The notes beneath the pieces are model-generated. The model did not search any database. It had not been told where the DNA came from and saw only the letters and a list, made by a program, of their open reading frames with translations. A program made the position numbers and the translations under genes. Positions 10,488 through 19,551 of a DNA stretch of 64,000 nucleotides are shown here, piece after piece. Position 1 is the stretch's first letter; every line of letters starts with the position of its first letter. The DNA is from Lachnospiraceae bacterium (GTDB taxonomy: Bacteria > Bacillota > Clostridia > Lachnospirales > Lachnospiraceae). The stretch is taken from NCBI GenBank assembly GCA_024682375.1, contig JAIKZI010000007.1:6815-70814 (forward strand), in the 5' to 3' direction.

Positions 10488-11789
10488 TTATTTAACTTCA
10501 GCTGGTCCGTATGGATGAGACTCGTTGAAGTTTCTAGCATTTTCTAATGTTACAGCTGCAATAGCCTGGAGTGCTTCACGTGTGAAGAACGCCTGGTGAG
10601 ATGTAAGAATTAGGTTAGGGAAGTTTGTAAGTCTAGCAACAATATCATTTGAAAGCATATCTTCTGAATGATCTGTGTAAACGTTTGAATCTTCACCTTC
10701 GTATACATCAAGTGCAACTGCATGGAACTTGTTAGCCTTAAGTCCTTCGATAAGAGCTTCTGTATCTACAAGACCACCACGTGATGTGTTTACAAGCATA
10801 ACATTTTCCTTCATCATAGCGATTGCATCTGAATCGATAAGATGATGTGTACCACCCTCGCCCATAATAAGTGGAGCGTGAAGTGAAATCAAATCAGAAC
10901 GTGAAAGGAGTTCTTCTTTTGAAACATATGTAAGAAGTCCATCCTCTTCAAGCTTCTTATTAGGATAAGCATCCCAACCAAGAACTGTCATTCCATAACC
11001 CTTGCAGATTCTAGCCATACATACACCGATACGGCCAGTTCCCATGATACCTGCAACCTTGTTATGAAGGTCGATACCAAGAAGACCTGAAAGTGCAAAG
11101 TTGTTATCTCTTACTTTGTTGTAAGCCTTGTTGATACGACGGTTAGCGGCCTGAATGATTGTCATAGCGTGCTCTGCTACTGCGTATGGTGAGTAAGCTG
11201 GAACACGAAGAACTGTCATTCCGTATTCTGCTGCAGCCTTTGCATCAACATTGTTGAAACCAGCACAACGAAGAAGGATAAGTTTAACTCCGCCATTGTG
11301 AAGAGTTTCAATTACAGATCTAGGACATTCATCATTTACGAAGATACATACTCCGTCGAATCCCTTAGCAAGCTGTGCAGTCTCTTCTGTAAGTCTTGTG
11401 CTGAAATACTTAATATCTACATTATATGCACCATCTCCGCGATCCTTTGAAAGTTCGCTGAAGAAGATTCTGTCATAATCCTTAGTTCCGAAGAAAGCGA
11501 TCTTAAGAACGTCGGCCTTTTTTGCCTTATTAACAACTACTTCGTTAAAAACCTCTTCGATCTTTGCCAAAGCTTCATCTTCATCTGGGCCATCAGCTGT
11601 AATCTTCAATACTGTACCATTCTGTGCATCAAGTGAAAGAATCTGAAGTACATTGTTGGCATTTGCCTTTGCTTCATCAGTTTCAATTGTTACGATACTT
11701 TTGAATGCAGTACATGCCTGTGCAATCAGAGCTGCTGGTCTAGCATGAATTCCAAGTGGATTTTCTACAACGTGTTCGATAGTCTTCAT
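10488..11789 (-). CDS. ldhA: Fusion of an N-terminal HPr domain to a D-lactate / D-2-hydroxyacid dehydrogenase
   Basis: GIHARPAA (His15) domain, then GTGRIG, NTSRGG, LDVYEGE, TSHQAF. Start moved to ATG 11789 (MKTIEH) because of the AAAGGAAA RBS. Confidence 0.9.
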   Translation of the reverse strand: MKTIEHVVENPLGIHARPAALIAQACTAFKSIVTIETDEAKANANNVLQILSLDAQNGTVLKITADGPDEDEALAKIEEVFNEVVVNKAKKADVLKIAFFGTKDYDRIFFSELSKDRGDGAYNVDIKYFSTRLTEETAQLAKGFDGVCIFVNDECPRSVIETLHNGGVKLILLRCAGFNNVDAKAAAEYGMTVLRVPAYSPYAVAEHAMTIIQAANRRINKAYNKVRDNNFALSGLLGIDLHNKVAGIMGTGRIGVCMARICKGYGMTVLGWDAYPNKKLEEDGLLTYVSKEELLSRSDLISLHAPLIMGEGGTHHLIDSDAIAMMKENVMLVNTSRGGLVDTEALIEGLKANKFHAVALDVYEGEDSNVYTDHSEDMLSNDIVARLTNFPNLILTSHQAFFTREALQAIAAVTLENARNFNESHPYGPAEVK

Positions 11790-11842
11790 AGTTATTTCCT
11801 TTCCCAAATCTATAATGAAACATAACGTATCTAACGCTCGAT

Positions 11843-11860
11843 TTGATAATATCTTAACAC
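11843..11860. promoter_or_regulatory. Putative Rex operator upstream of the HPr-LDH gene
   Basis: TTGATAA-TATC-TTAACAC, 2 mismatches to consensus; ldh genes are canonical Rex targets. Confidence 0.65.
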
Positions 11861-12018
11861 TTAACCCTATCCTAATTCATCGTGTAAACTTCACCAAATT
11901 TGAATTGCGAAAACTGTTATTTATTATACTTTTACCAAATCTCGCTAAATCTGGACTCTAAAGAAACCAAACTAGAACATATTTCAAGTAAATCCGAGTC
12001 TTTTTCTATTATATACCA

Positions 12019-13386
12019 TCAGGCCTTATCAAGCATACGAATAATCTTTTTTCTTGTGTAAAAATATGCCGGCCACAGGAACAAATCAGCAAAAATCCAG
12101 GCAATCGGGCTTGCAAAACATGCTGCTGCGAATCCGTATTTTGAAACAAACATAAATGCAATCCATGATCTTCCGACCATTTCCATGAATCCAGCAAAGA
12201 TTGCAATCATTGAATAGCCCATTCCCTGAATCATGAACCTGACACAATTAACAAAGACAAGTGCTGTATAGAAAAGACTATTTACAATCAAATACTGGTG
12301 TCCATAATGCATAACAACATCTCTCGACTTCGTTCCTGCCTCCAAAAATAGTCCAGTCAGATTTCCACCCAGGAAGTAAAGTACGATAAACGCACAGAAT
12401 CCATAAATGATACCAACTGTGCAGGCTGCTTTCATTCCAGGATTGAATCTTTCAGGTTTTGCAGCTCCGACATTCTGTCCACCGTATGTCGCCATCGTAG
12501 ATCCAAGTGCATCAAATGGTGTCGAGAAAAACATAAGAACTCTAGATCCGGCAGTCATAGCTGCAACATAAGTAGATCCAAGTCCATTTACCGCTGTCTG
12601 CAAAATCACAGATCCGATTGCAGTGATTGAATACTGAAGTCCCATCGGAATTCCCATCTTGCAAAGAGTTCCGATTATAGGCCCATTAACAGCCTTCCAC
12701 TCCTCTTTTCGGATTCGTAGGATATCAACTTTTTTCATAATATATATTACAGAAAGTATTCCGGAAAAAAGCTGTGATATCACAGTTGCAAGTGCAGCCC
12801 CAAATACTCCCATTTTGAATAGAATGATAAATGTTAGATCAAGTCCAATATTTATAACTGATGAGATTATAAGGAATACAACCGGTGCCTTTGAATCTCC
12901 AAGCGCTCTGATTGCAGCCGATGCCAGGTTGTAAAGATATGTCGCTGGGATTCCAAGGAATATAACTAATATGTATGTATATGAATACTGAAATACATCT
13001 TCAGGTGTATTCATCCAAATCAATATGTCTTTACATAAGAAAGAAACCACTACAGTCATAATTGCAGCGAATACAACTGATAGGTAGATACTTCCAGCGA
13101 AGAATCTTCTCATATTTGAATATTCCTTCGCTCCAAATTCCTGCGAGATAGGGATTGCAAAACCATTGGTAACCCCCATACAGAATCCGATTATCATAAA
13201 GTTTATTGATCCAGTCGAACCAACCCCCGCAAGTGCTTTCACTCCCAGGAACTGTCCAACTATAAGTGTATCCATCAAACTATAAAACTGCTGGAAAAGC
13301 ATACCTCCTAAAAGCGGAAGAGCAAATCCAAGGATCAATTTCATCGGCGATCCAACCGTTAAATCTTTTACTCTAGATCTAGACAT
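12019..13386 (-). CDS. MATE family efflux transporter
   Basis: DLTVGSPMKLILGFALP, DTLIVGQFLG...LAGVG, about 12 TM segments, 455 aa. Confidence 0.93.
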   Translation of the reverse strand: MSRSRVKDLTVGSPMKLILGFALPLLGGMLFQQFYSLMDTLIVGQFLGVKALAGVGSTGSINFMIIGFCMGVTNGFAIPISQEFGAKEYSNMRRFFAGSIYLSVVFAAIMTVVVSFLCKDILIWMNTPEDVFQYSYTYILVIFLGIPATYLYNLASAAIRALGDSKAPVVFLIISSVINIGLDLTFIILFKMGVFGAALATVISQLFSGILSVIYIMKKVDILRIRKEEWKAVNGPIIGTLCKMGIPMGLQYSITAIGSVILQTAVNGLGSTYVAAMTAGSRVLMFFSTPFDALGSTMATYGGQNVGAAKPERFNPGMKAACTVGIIYGFCAFIVLYFLGGNLTGLFLEAGTKSRDVVMHYGHQYLIVNSLFYTALVFVNCVRFMIQGMGYSMIAIFAGFMEMVGRSWIAFMFVSKYGFAAACFASPIAWIFADLFLWPAYFYTRKKIIRMLDKA

Positions 13387-13480
13387 TGCAAAACCTCTTA
13401 TCTTCTATAAAACTACCACTATATTTATATCCTTTTGTAGGGAAAGTCAATTGTTTTATGTTTAACGAAAAGATAGATTC

Positions 13481-13600
13481 GAGATTGTGCTCCGGCATGA
13501 GCTAGAGATTGCACTCTGGCGGGGATTCCATACTTGTATTCTGGCATTGGCTCGAGATTGTGCTTGTCGGGAATTCCTGATTGTGCTTGGCGGGAATTCC
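13481..13600. repeat. Cluster of short direct repeats (GAGATTGTGCT, GGCGGGAATTCC variants)
   Basis: GAGATTG(T)GC/GATTGTGCT at about 13481, 13505, 13554 and 13579; CGGG(A/G)ATTCC at about 13520, 13568 and 13591. Confidence 0.6.
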
Positions 13601-13625
13601 GTGCTATGAGCGTTTATTGACCTAT

Positions 13626-13837
13626 ACCTCGTAGTTTATCCAGGGAAACTAAGTTTTTGATGCCAAACCTCGTAGTTTTTAACTTCTAAAATCAAGTTAG
13701 CTAAGATAATTCTACGAGGTTTACCTCTCTTCTCGCAAAAACCTCGGATTTAAAGTCCCTAACTTGCTATTTTTCGACTAAAATTTACGAGGTTTTTAAA
13801 TTATAAAAGCCAAAACTCGGTATAACAACGAGGTTTT
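13626..13837. repeat. Degenerate palindromic cassette array (AAACCTCG(TA)...(TA)CGAGGTTT arms, about 73-74 bp period)
   Basis: Left arms at 13667, 13741 and 13814; right arms at 13713 and 13786; CTAACTTGCT at 13759. Confidence 0.65.
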
Positions 13838-14241
13838 GCCTTAAAACCACAAAAAACATGGAACCCAAAAGCAAAATACAAACTCAGGATCGTAGGTATA
13901 GCACGGGCTTTCCAAATAAGAAATATATAGAATCCCCTTAAAAAAGCGCAAAAAAGATGACTTCCGGGGAAGAAGTCATCTGGGGGAGGATTATGAAAAA
14001 GTTTTTGTGTCAAATGGGGTTCATTTGATGATTTAACTATACAGTTAATTTGTGACGAAACTATGTCCATTCTCTGAATAAAGGTTAAAGAATGTGAAAA
14101 GAAAAAATTAAGCATTTTTGAACAAACAATAAACTTTATAAACAGATGAATTTATAATATTTACCTTTTATACTTTTTTGTATAGAATATTCATATATAT
14201 TTATCCTTGAAAAGAACATATTTTTTGACGAGGTATCTGGT

Positions 14242-14394
14242 ATGAGACAAAAGAAAGAAAAAGACGTAATTCTCTATTCCGACAATAAAATGTTCAAAGA
14301 AACAGATGCGTTCGGACAGACAGTCACAAGGCTTTGCATGATTGTCACAACAATACTTATTGTAATTGGAATCATTTTTTTATTTAACATCTAG
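14242..14394 (+). CDS. Small (50 aa) single-pass membrane protein, not in the ORF track
   Basis: GAGG RBS; MRQKKEKDVILYSDNKMFKETDAFGQTVTRLCMIVTTILIVIGIIFLFNI*; its TAG stop overlaps the AGGAGG RBS of the K+ channel gene. Confidence 0.65.
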   Translation: MRQKKEKDVILYSDNKMFKETDAFGQTVTRLCMIVTTILIVIGIIFLFNI

Positions 14395-14403
14395 GAGGTT
14401 CCC

Positions 14404-15147
14404 ATGCCAACACGTGACAAGGATTATTACAAAAAAAGAGTCTTTGACATAATCGAAGTATCAAAAGACAATGATATCGCATCTACCGCTTACGATATCA
14501 TGATAACTTTTGCGGTCATTGACGGACTACTACCACTAACTATAAAAGGTACAAGTATTTATACAAATATACTAGAACTTTTTTCCACATTCATATTCAT
14601 CGTAGATTACAGCTTAAGAATCTACACTTCTGATTATAAAATGGGTGTGAAAAGTTACAAAGCATACATTGCAAACCTACTACAACCAATGAGCATAATC
14701 GATTTGATATCAATCGTACCGGTTATATCTGTTTTTTTCCCGAGAATCGAAATCATAAGAATATTGAAGATTTTCAGAATCGTACGTATCTTCAAATTAC
14801 TGCGATACTCAAAAACGATGAGAAATATCACAAATGTAATCAGACGTGTGAAGAAACCACTTTTTGCAGTTTTGGTTTTGACTGCAATCTATATCACTGC
14901 TTCTGCCATGTTTATCTACCAGATTGAGCCGAACCTTTTCAATAGTTTCTTTGATGCACTTTACTGGGCAACAATTTCAATCACAACTATCGGATATGGC
15001 GACATTTCACCGGTCACAACTCCAGGTAGATTCATAACCATGATCTCTGCACTTGTTGGTGTAGCTGTGATTGCGCTGCCTTCAGGTATCATCACTGCCG
15101 GATTTATGGAAGAGATAAAAAAGAAAAAATCAAAACTTGAACTTTAG
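14404..15147 (+). CDS. Voltage-gated potassium channel (6TM, Kv-like)
   Basis: TITTIGYGD selectivity filter and Arg/Lys-rich S4 (RILKIFRIVRIFKLLR). Confidence 0.93.
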   Translation: MPTRDKDYYKKRVFDIIEVSKDNDIASTAYDIMITFAVIDGLLPLTIKGTSIYTNILELFSTFIFIVDYSLRIYTSDYKMGVKSYKAYIANLLQPMSIIDLISIVPVISVFFPRIEIIRILKIFRIVRIFKLLRYSKTMRNITNVIRRVKKPLFAVLVLTAIYITASAMFIYQIEPNLFNSFFDALYWATISITTIGYGDISPVTTPGRFITMISALVGVAVIALPSGIITAGFMEEIKKKKSKLEL

Positions 15148-15242
15148 GTCTTGCGAATGAAAATTTAGAAGCATATAATGTTGAGTTAGAAAAAAATAAA
15201 CAATCTTTTAACACAGTACGAGATACTGTAAAGGAGGAAATC

Positions 15243-16652
15243 ATGAAACAGAAAGTCAAAAAGAATTTGACGGCTAGAATCATGTTCGCCATGGTAGCCG
15301 GAATCGTCGCAGGAATCCTTATGATCGTTCTCAGAGAGAATCTCATTTCTTCTGGAAATGGTTCTATTTGGAATTCCATCAACAATCTCCTATTCGCAGA
15401 TATTTCAATTGAAGGAAATGAAAGAGCTGTTGGTCTTTTCTACATCGTAGGACAGATTTTTGTAAGAGCTCTCCAGTTAGTAATTATTCCAATGGTATTT
15501 ACAAGTATCGTACTTGCAATGGTACGAATTTCAGATTCCAAGAAGCTTGGTCGCATCAGCACTAAGACTCTTGGATTTTTTTTGCTCACAACTGTATGTG
15601 CCATTATCATGGCATCAATCGTAGGAATGATTGCGCTTTCAAGTGGAATGTTTACCAATATCCAGACTGGACTTGAAAAAGGTTCCGGACAGTCAGGTGC
15701 AAACCCACTTATGCTTCTTGTAAATGCAATGCCAAACAATATGGCATCTGCATTCTCAAATAACGGTGGCGTTCTCGCAATCGTTGTTACTGCTGTAGCT
15801 GTAGGACTTTGCATTAATAAACTCGGTGACAAAGTCACAGTGTTCACAAAACTCTGCCAGGAAATCTCAGATATCATCACAGTTTTCCTAAGCTTCGTAG
15901 TCAACACATTCGGACCAATCGCAATCTTCTGCCTGCTCACAAGAGCTTGCGCTTCTTATGGAATCAGCTACCTAAGACCAGCAATTTCATACATTGGTCT
16001 CACTACACTACTTCTACTAACTATCCTCTTTATCGGATATCCACTCTTCGTAAAGATTACAACTGGAGAAAATCCAATCGTCTTCTTCAAGAAGATTTCT
16101 AAAGTTGCACTCTTCGGATTTTCAACATCATCAAGTGCAGCTACACTACCACTTAATATGGAAACAACTACTAACGACCTCGGGGTAAAAGAAGAAATCG
16201 CAAGCTTCGTCCTTCCTCTTGGAATGACAGTAAACATGGATGGAACTGCCGTAATGCAGGTCATCGCAGCAATCTTCATCGCAGGATGCAGCGGATACAC
16301 AATGGGACCTTCTACATTGTTACTCATAGGTCTTCTTGCTATTGTTGCTTCTATTGGTACACCAGCCGCTCCTGGCGCTGGTGCCGTAATCCTCTTCACT
16401 ATTCTTTCAGGAGTTGGATTTACAAATGAAACAGCACTCGTTGCATACTCACTTATCCTCGCAATCAACCGTCCTATCGAAATGCTTGTAACATCACTAA
16501 ACATCGTTGGCGACGCTGCTTGCGCTATGGCTGTTGCAAAATCAGAAGACGCACTTGATGAAAAGGTATATAATAGTATTTCTGATGAAGAAACTGAAAC
16601 AATAAGTACAAAAGTTCCAGTTTATGCAGCAACTAATCTTAAAAGAAAATAA
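15243..16652 (+). CDS. Dicarboxylate/amino acid:cation symporter (DAACS, GltP-like)
   Basis: FSTSSSAATLP, LPLGMTVNMDG and RPIEMLVTSLNIVGD motifs. Confidence 0.92.
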   Translation: MKQKVKKNLTARIMFAMVAGIVAGILMIVLRENLISSGNGSIWNSINNLLFADISIEGNERAVGLFYIVGQIFVRALQLVIIPMVFTSIVLAMVRISDSKKLGRISTKTLGFFLLTTVCAIIMASIVGMIALSSGMFTNIQTGLEKGSGQSGANPLMLLVNAMPNNMASAFSNNGGVLAIVVTAVAVGLCINKLGDKVTVFTKLCQEISDIITVFLSFVVNTFGPIAIFCLLTRACASYGISYLRPAISYIGLTTLLLLTILFIGYPLFVKITTGENPIVFFKKISKVALFGFSTSSSAATLPLNMETTTNDLGVKEEIASFVLPLGMTVNMDGTAVMQVIAAIFIAGCSGYTMGPSTLLLIGLLAIVASIGTPAAPGAGAVILFTILSGVGFTNETALVAYSLILAINRPIEMLVTSLNIVGDAACAMAVAKSEDALDEKVYNSISDEETETISTKVPVYAATNLKRK

Positions 16653-16665
16653 TTGAGGATACTTG

Positions 16666-17205
16666 ATGAAAGAAAAGGCTTTGATCATGGATGAGAATCA
16701 GATCAATCGTTCGATTGCCCGACTCTCACATGAAATTATTGAAAAAAATAACGGTGCAGAAAAGGTTTGCCTCCTCGGTATAAAACGAAGAGGCATCCCT
16801 ATTGCAAAGCAGATTGCAGAAAACATAAAAAAGTTCGAAGGAATAGATGTACCGGTTGGACAGCTCGATATCTCACTATATAGAGATGATCTTACAGAAA
16901 TTGCAAAAGAAGCAATCACATCTAATACTTCTATCCCGGTTGAACTTGAAGGATACACAATAGTTCTTGTAGATGATGTAATCTACACCGGAAGAACATG
17001 TAGAGCTGCAATCGAAGCTGTCTTTGACAAGGGAAGGCCTAAAAATATACAGCTTGCAGTACTTGTAGACAGAGGTCATAGGGAATTACCTTTCAGACCC
17101 GATTTCGTGGGAAAAAACATTCCTACATCCAGATCAGAAGTCGTAAGCGTAAAGCTTCCTGAATATGACAACGGAGAATATGGAGTAGTTTTGGGAGATT
17201 TGTAA
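16666..17205 (+). CDS. pyrR: Bifunctional pyr regulator / uracil phosphoribosyltransferase
   Basis: RLSHEIIEKN, LGIKRRG, LVDDVIYTGRT, LVDRGHRELP, DFVGKNIPTS. Confidence 0.95.
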   Translation: MKEKALIMDENQINRSIARLSHEIIEKNNGAEKVCLLGIKRRGIPIAKQIAENIKKFEGIDVPVGQLDISLYRDDLTEIAKEAITSNTSIPVELEGYTIVLVDDVIYTGRTCRAAIEAVFDKGRPKNIQLAVLVDRGHRELPFRPDFVGKNIPTSRSEVVSVKLPEYDNGEYGVVLGDL

Positions 17206-17274
17206 AAATCTCCCCTTTTTTTTCTATTTATGTTATTATTTTTGCATACTTAAATTAAAAGGAGGCACAAGAGT

Positions 17275-18375
17275 TTGGCTGAAGATAACAAGAAAATCAT
17301 CCTCACTGGAGATCGTCCTACTGGAAAGCTTCATTTAGGACATTATGTCGGCTCTCTAAAACGTAGAGTAGAGCTCCAGAATTCAGGTGAATATGATGAA
17401 ATAAATATTTTGATTGCTGATGATCAGGCACTTACAGACAATGCCGACAATCCTCAGAAAATCAGAGACAACATGATCGAGGTTGCCCTCGATTATCTTT
17501 CTGTAGGAATCGATCCTGCAAAATCTACAATCTGTGTACAGTCAGGAATTCCTGCACTACACGCTTTGACTTTTTACTATAGCAACCTGGTTTCAACTGC
17601 CAGATTGTCACGTAACCCAACTGTAAAGAGTGAAATTCAGATGAGAGGCTTCGACAATGAAGGACTTCCAGCTGGTTTCTTCACATATCCTATCTCACAG
17701 TCTGCCGACATCACAGCTTTTAAAGCTACTACAGTTCCAGCTGGTGAAGATCAGGAACCTATGATTGAACAGTGCCGTGAAATCGTACGTAAATTCAATT
17801 CTACATACGGCGATGTTCTAGTTGAGCCAAAGATTCTGCTTCCAGAATCAAAGACTATGCTACGTCTTCCTGGTATCGACGGAAAAGCAAAGATGTCAAA
17901 GTCACTCGGAAATGGAATCTTCCTTTCTGATGATGAGAAGACTGTAAAGACAAAAGTTATGAGCATGTACACTGATCCTACTCATGTAAACGTCGCTGAC
18001 CCAGGTCACGTAGAAGGAAACATGGTATTTACCTACCTTGATGCTTTTTCCCACCAGGAACAGTTTAGTGAATACTTACCAGAGTACTCTTGCCTGGATG
18101 AAATGAAAGAACATTATGCTAAGGGTGGTCTTGGAGATGTTAAATGTAAGAAATTCCTAATCAAAGTTTTGGAAGATATGCTCTCTCCTATCAGAAAAGA
18201 AAGAGCTAAATGGGAAGCACAAATTCCTGAGGTTTATGATATTCTTCTATCTGGTACACGTGATGCAGTCGAAAAGACAAATGAGACACTCGAAGAAGTA
18301 CGTGAAAAAATGAAAATCGACTACTTCAAAGATAGATCAATTATCGCTGATTGGGAGAAATGGATCCAGAAATAA
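17275..18375 (+). CDS. trpS: Tryptophanyl-tRNA synthetase
   Basis: TGDRPTGKLHLGH and KMSKS motifs; TTG start with AAGGAGG RBS. Confidence 0.96.
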   Translation: MAEDNKKIILTGDRPTGKLHLGHYVGSLKRRVELQNSGEYDEINILIADDQALTDNADNPQKIRDNMIEVALDYLSVGIDPAKSTICVQSGIPALHALTFYYSNLVSTARLSRNPTVKSEIQMRGFDNEGLPAGFFTYPISQSADITAFKATTVPAGEDQEPMIEQCREIVRKFNSTYGDVLVEPKILLPESKTMLRLPGIDGKAKMSKSLGNGIFLSDDEKTVKTKVMSMYTDPTHVNVADPGHVEGNMVFTYLDAFSHQEQFSEYLPEYSCLDEMKEHYAKGGLGDVKCKKFLIKVLEDMLSPIRKERAKWEAQIPEVYDILLSGTRDAVEKTNETLEEVREKMKIDYFKDRSIIADWEKWIQK

Positions 18376-18409
18376 TAATCGTAAGTAGTTTTTAACAGAG
18401 GATTAATTT

Positions 18410-19513
18410 ATGAAGTACATTCGACCCGATGATTTAGAAAGTGGTATGATTCTTGCCACTCCGGTTTATGACGAAAAAGGACTATGTCTACTCGCAGCTA
18501 ACAAAGCTTTGACAAACGACATAATTCTAAAGTTACAGGAACGCCACTGCGGGCTCTATATTTTTGACGAGTTCTCCGAATATGAAGAATTCAACATCAT
18601 AATCTCAGATGAAACTCGTAACAAAATCATGGAATGTACAGAGCATCTAAAAATAGACAGCGTTGTCTACTATTCCAACATGATTGTAGACAGCCTTCTA
18701 AAGCAGGAAAACATCCTGATGGATACAGGTGCTCTTAAAGAATACGATGAAAGTATTTATGAGCATTCTTTAAATGTTGCCATGCTTGCAACTAACACCG
18801 CTATCGGAATGGGACTCTCAAATGAAGAATTACAGCATGTAGCTCAGGCTGCTCTTCTTCACGATATCGGAAAACAGATGGTTCCTCTAGAAATTTTAAA
18901 TAAAGAAGGAATCCTGACACCTGAAGAATATGAGGTAATGAAATCACATCCTCGATTTGGGTATGACATGCTATATACAGATAATAGAATTCACCCAGAA
19001 GTCAGATCTGCAGTACTTTGTCATCACGAAAACTATAATGGAACCGGTTATCCAAACGAATTATCCGGAAACAATATTCCTCTTATCGCTAGAATCATAA
19101 GAATTGCCGATACTTACGATGCTATGTATCATAAGAGAAGTTATAAAAACCCTCTTCCGGCAAGTGAAGTATTAGAATATCTGATGAGCAATAACGGAAC
19201 TCTCTTTGATTTATCAATCATGCAGGTATTCCTACAATACATAGTTCTCTATCCTGTTGGAACTGATGTCACTCTATCGAATGGGGAAAGGGCCCGAGTT
19301 ATCAAAAATAGAGCTAAGTCCATCAACCGTCCGGTTGTTATGACACTAAAAGATAAGAAAAAATACGATCTTGCAAAAGATCCAGATTGTTTCTCAATCA
19401 CAATTCTTGATAACCAAAAGATGGATAAAGATAAAGAACGTGCCAGAGAAGAGACAAGACTTCATCTACTCGAAATAGATGCAGAAAACAAAGAGAAAAA
19501 CCACATTTCTTAA
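18410..19513 (+). CDS. HD-GYP domain c-di-GMP phosphodiesterase
   Basis: EHSLNV, HDIGK, HHENYNGTGYP, IADTYDAM. Confidence 0.92.
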   Translation: MKYIRPDDLESGMILATPVYDEKGLCLLAANKALTNDIILKLQERHCGLYIFDEFSEYEEFNIIISDETRNKIMECTEHLKIDSVVYYSNMIVDSLLKQENILMDTGALKEYDESIYEHSLNVAMLATNTAIGMGLSNEELQHVAQAALLHDIGKQMVPLEILNKEGILTPEEYEVMKSHPRFGYDMLYTDNRIHPEVRSAVLCHHENYNGTGYPNELSGNNIPLIARIIRIADTYDAMYHKRSYKNPLPASEVLEYLMSNNGTLFDLSIMQVFLQYIVLYPVGTDVTLSNGERARVIKNRAKSINRPVVMTLKDKKKYDLAKDPDCFSITILDNQKMDKDKERAREETRLHLLEIDAENKEKNHIS

Positions 19514-19517
19514 TATT

Positions 19518-19550
19518 AAAAGACCAAGTGAAATACACTTGGTCTTTTTT
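19518..19550. terminator. Bidirectional terminator between convergent genes
   Basis: AAAAGACCAAGTG-AAATA-CACTTGGTCTTTT. Confidence 0.85.
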
Positions 19551-19551
19551 C

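Noticed and set aside
13620-13720. c-di-AMP (ydaO) riboswitch for the K+ channel, prompted by ACCTCGTAG
   Set aside because: The other conserved ydaO segments are absent and the word is explained as a palindromic repeat arm.
13801-14115. 104-aa minus-strand ORF in the long intergenic region
   Set aside because: No RBS, Phe-rich low-complexity translation, and it overlaps the repeat relic.
17206-17274. T-box leader for trpS
   Set aside because: The region is only 69 bp and lacks the GGTGGNACC T-box motif.
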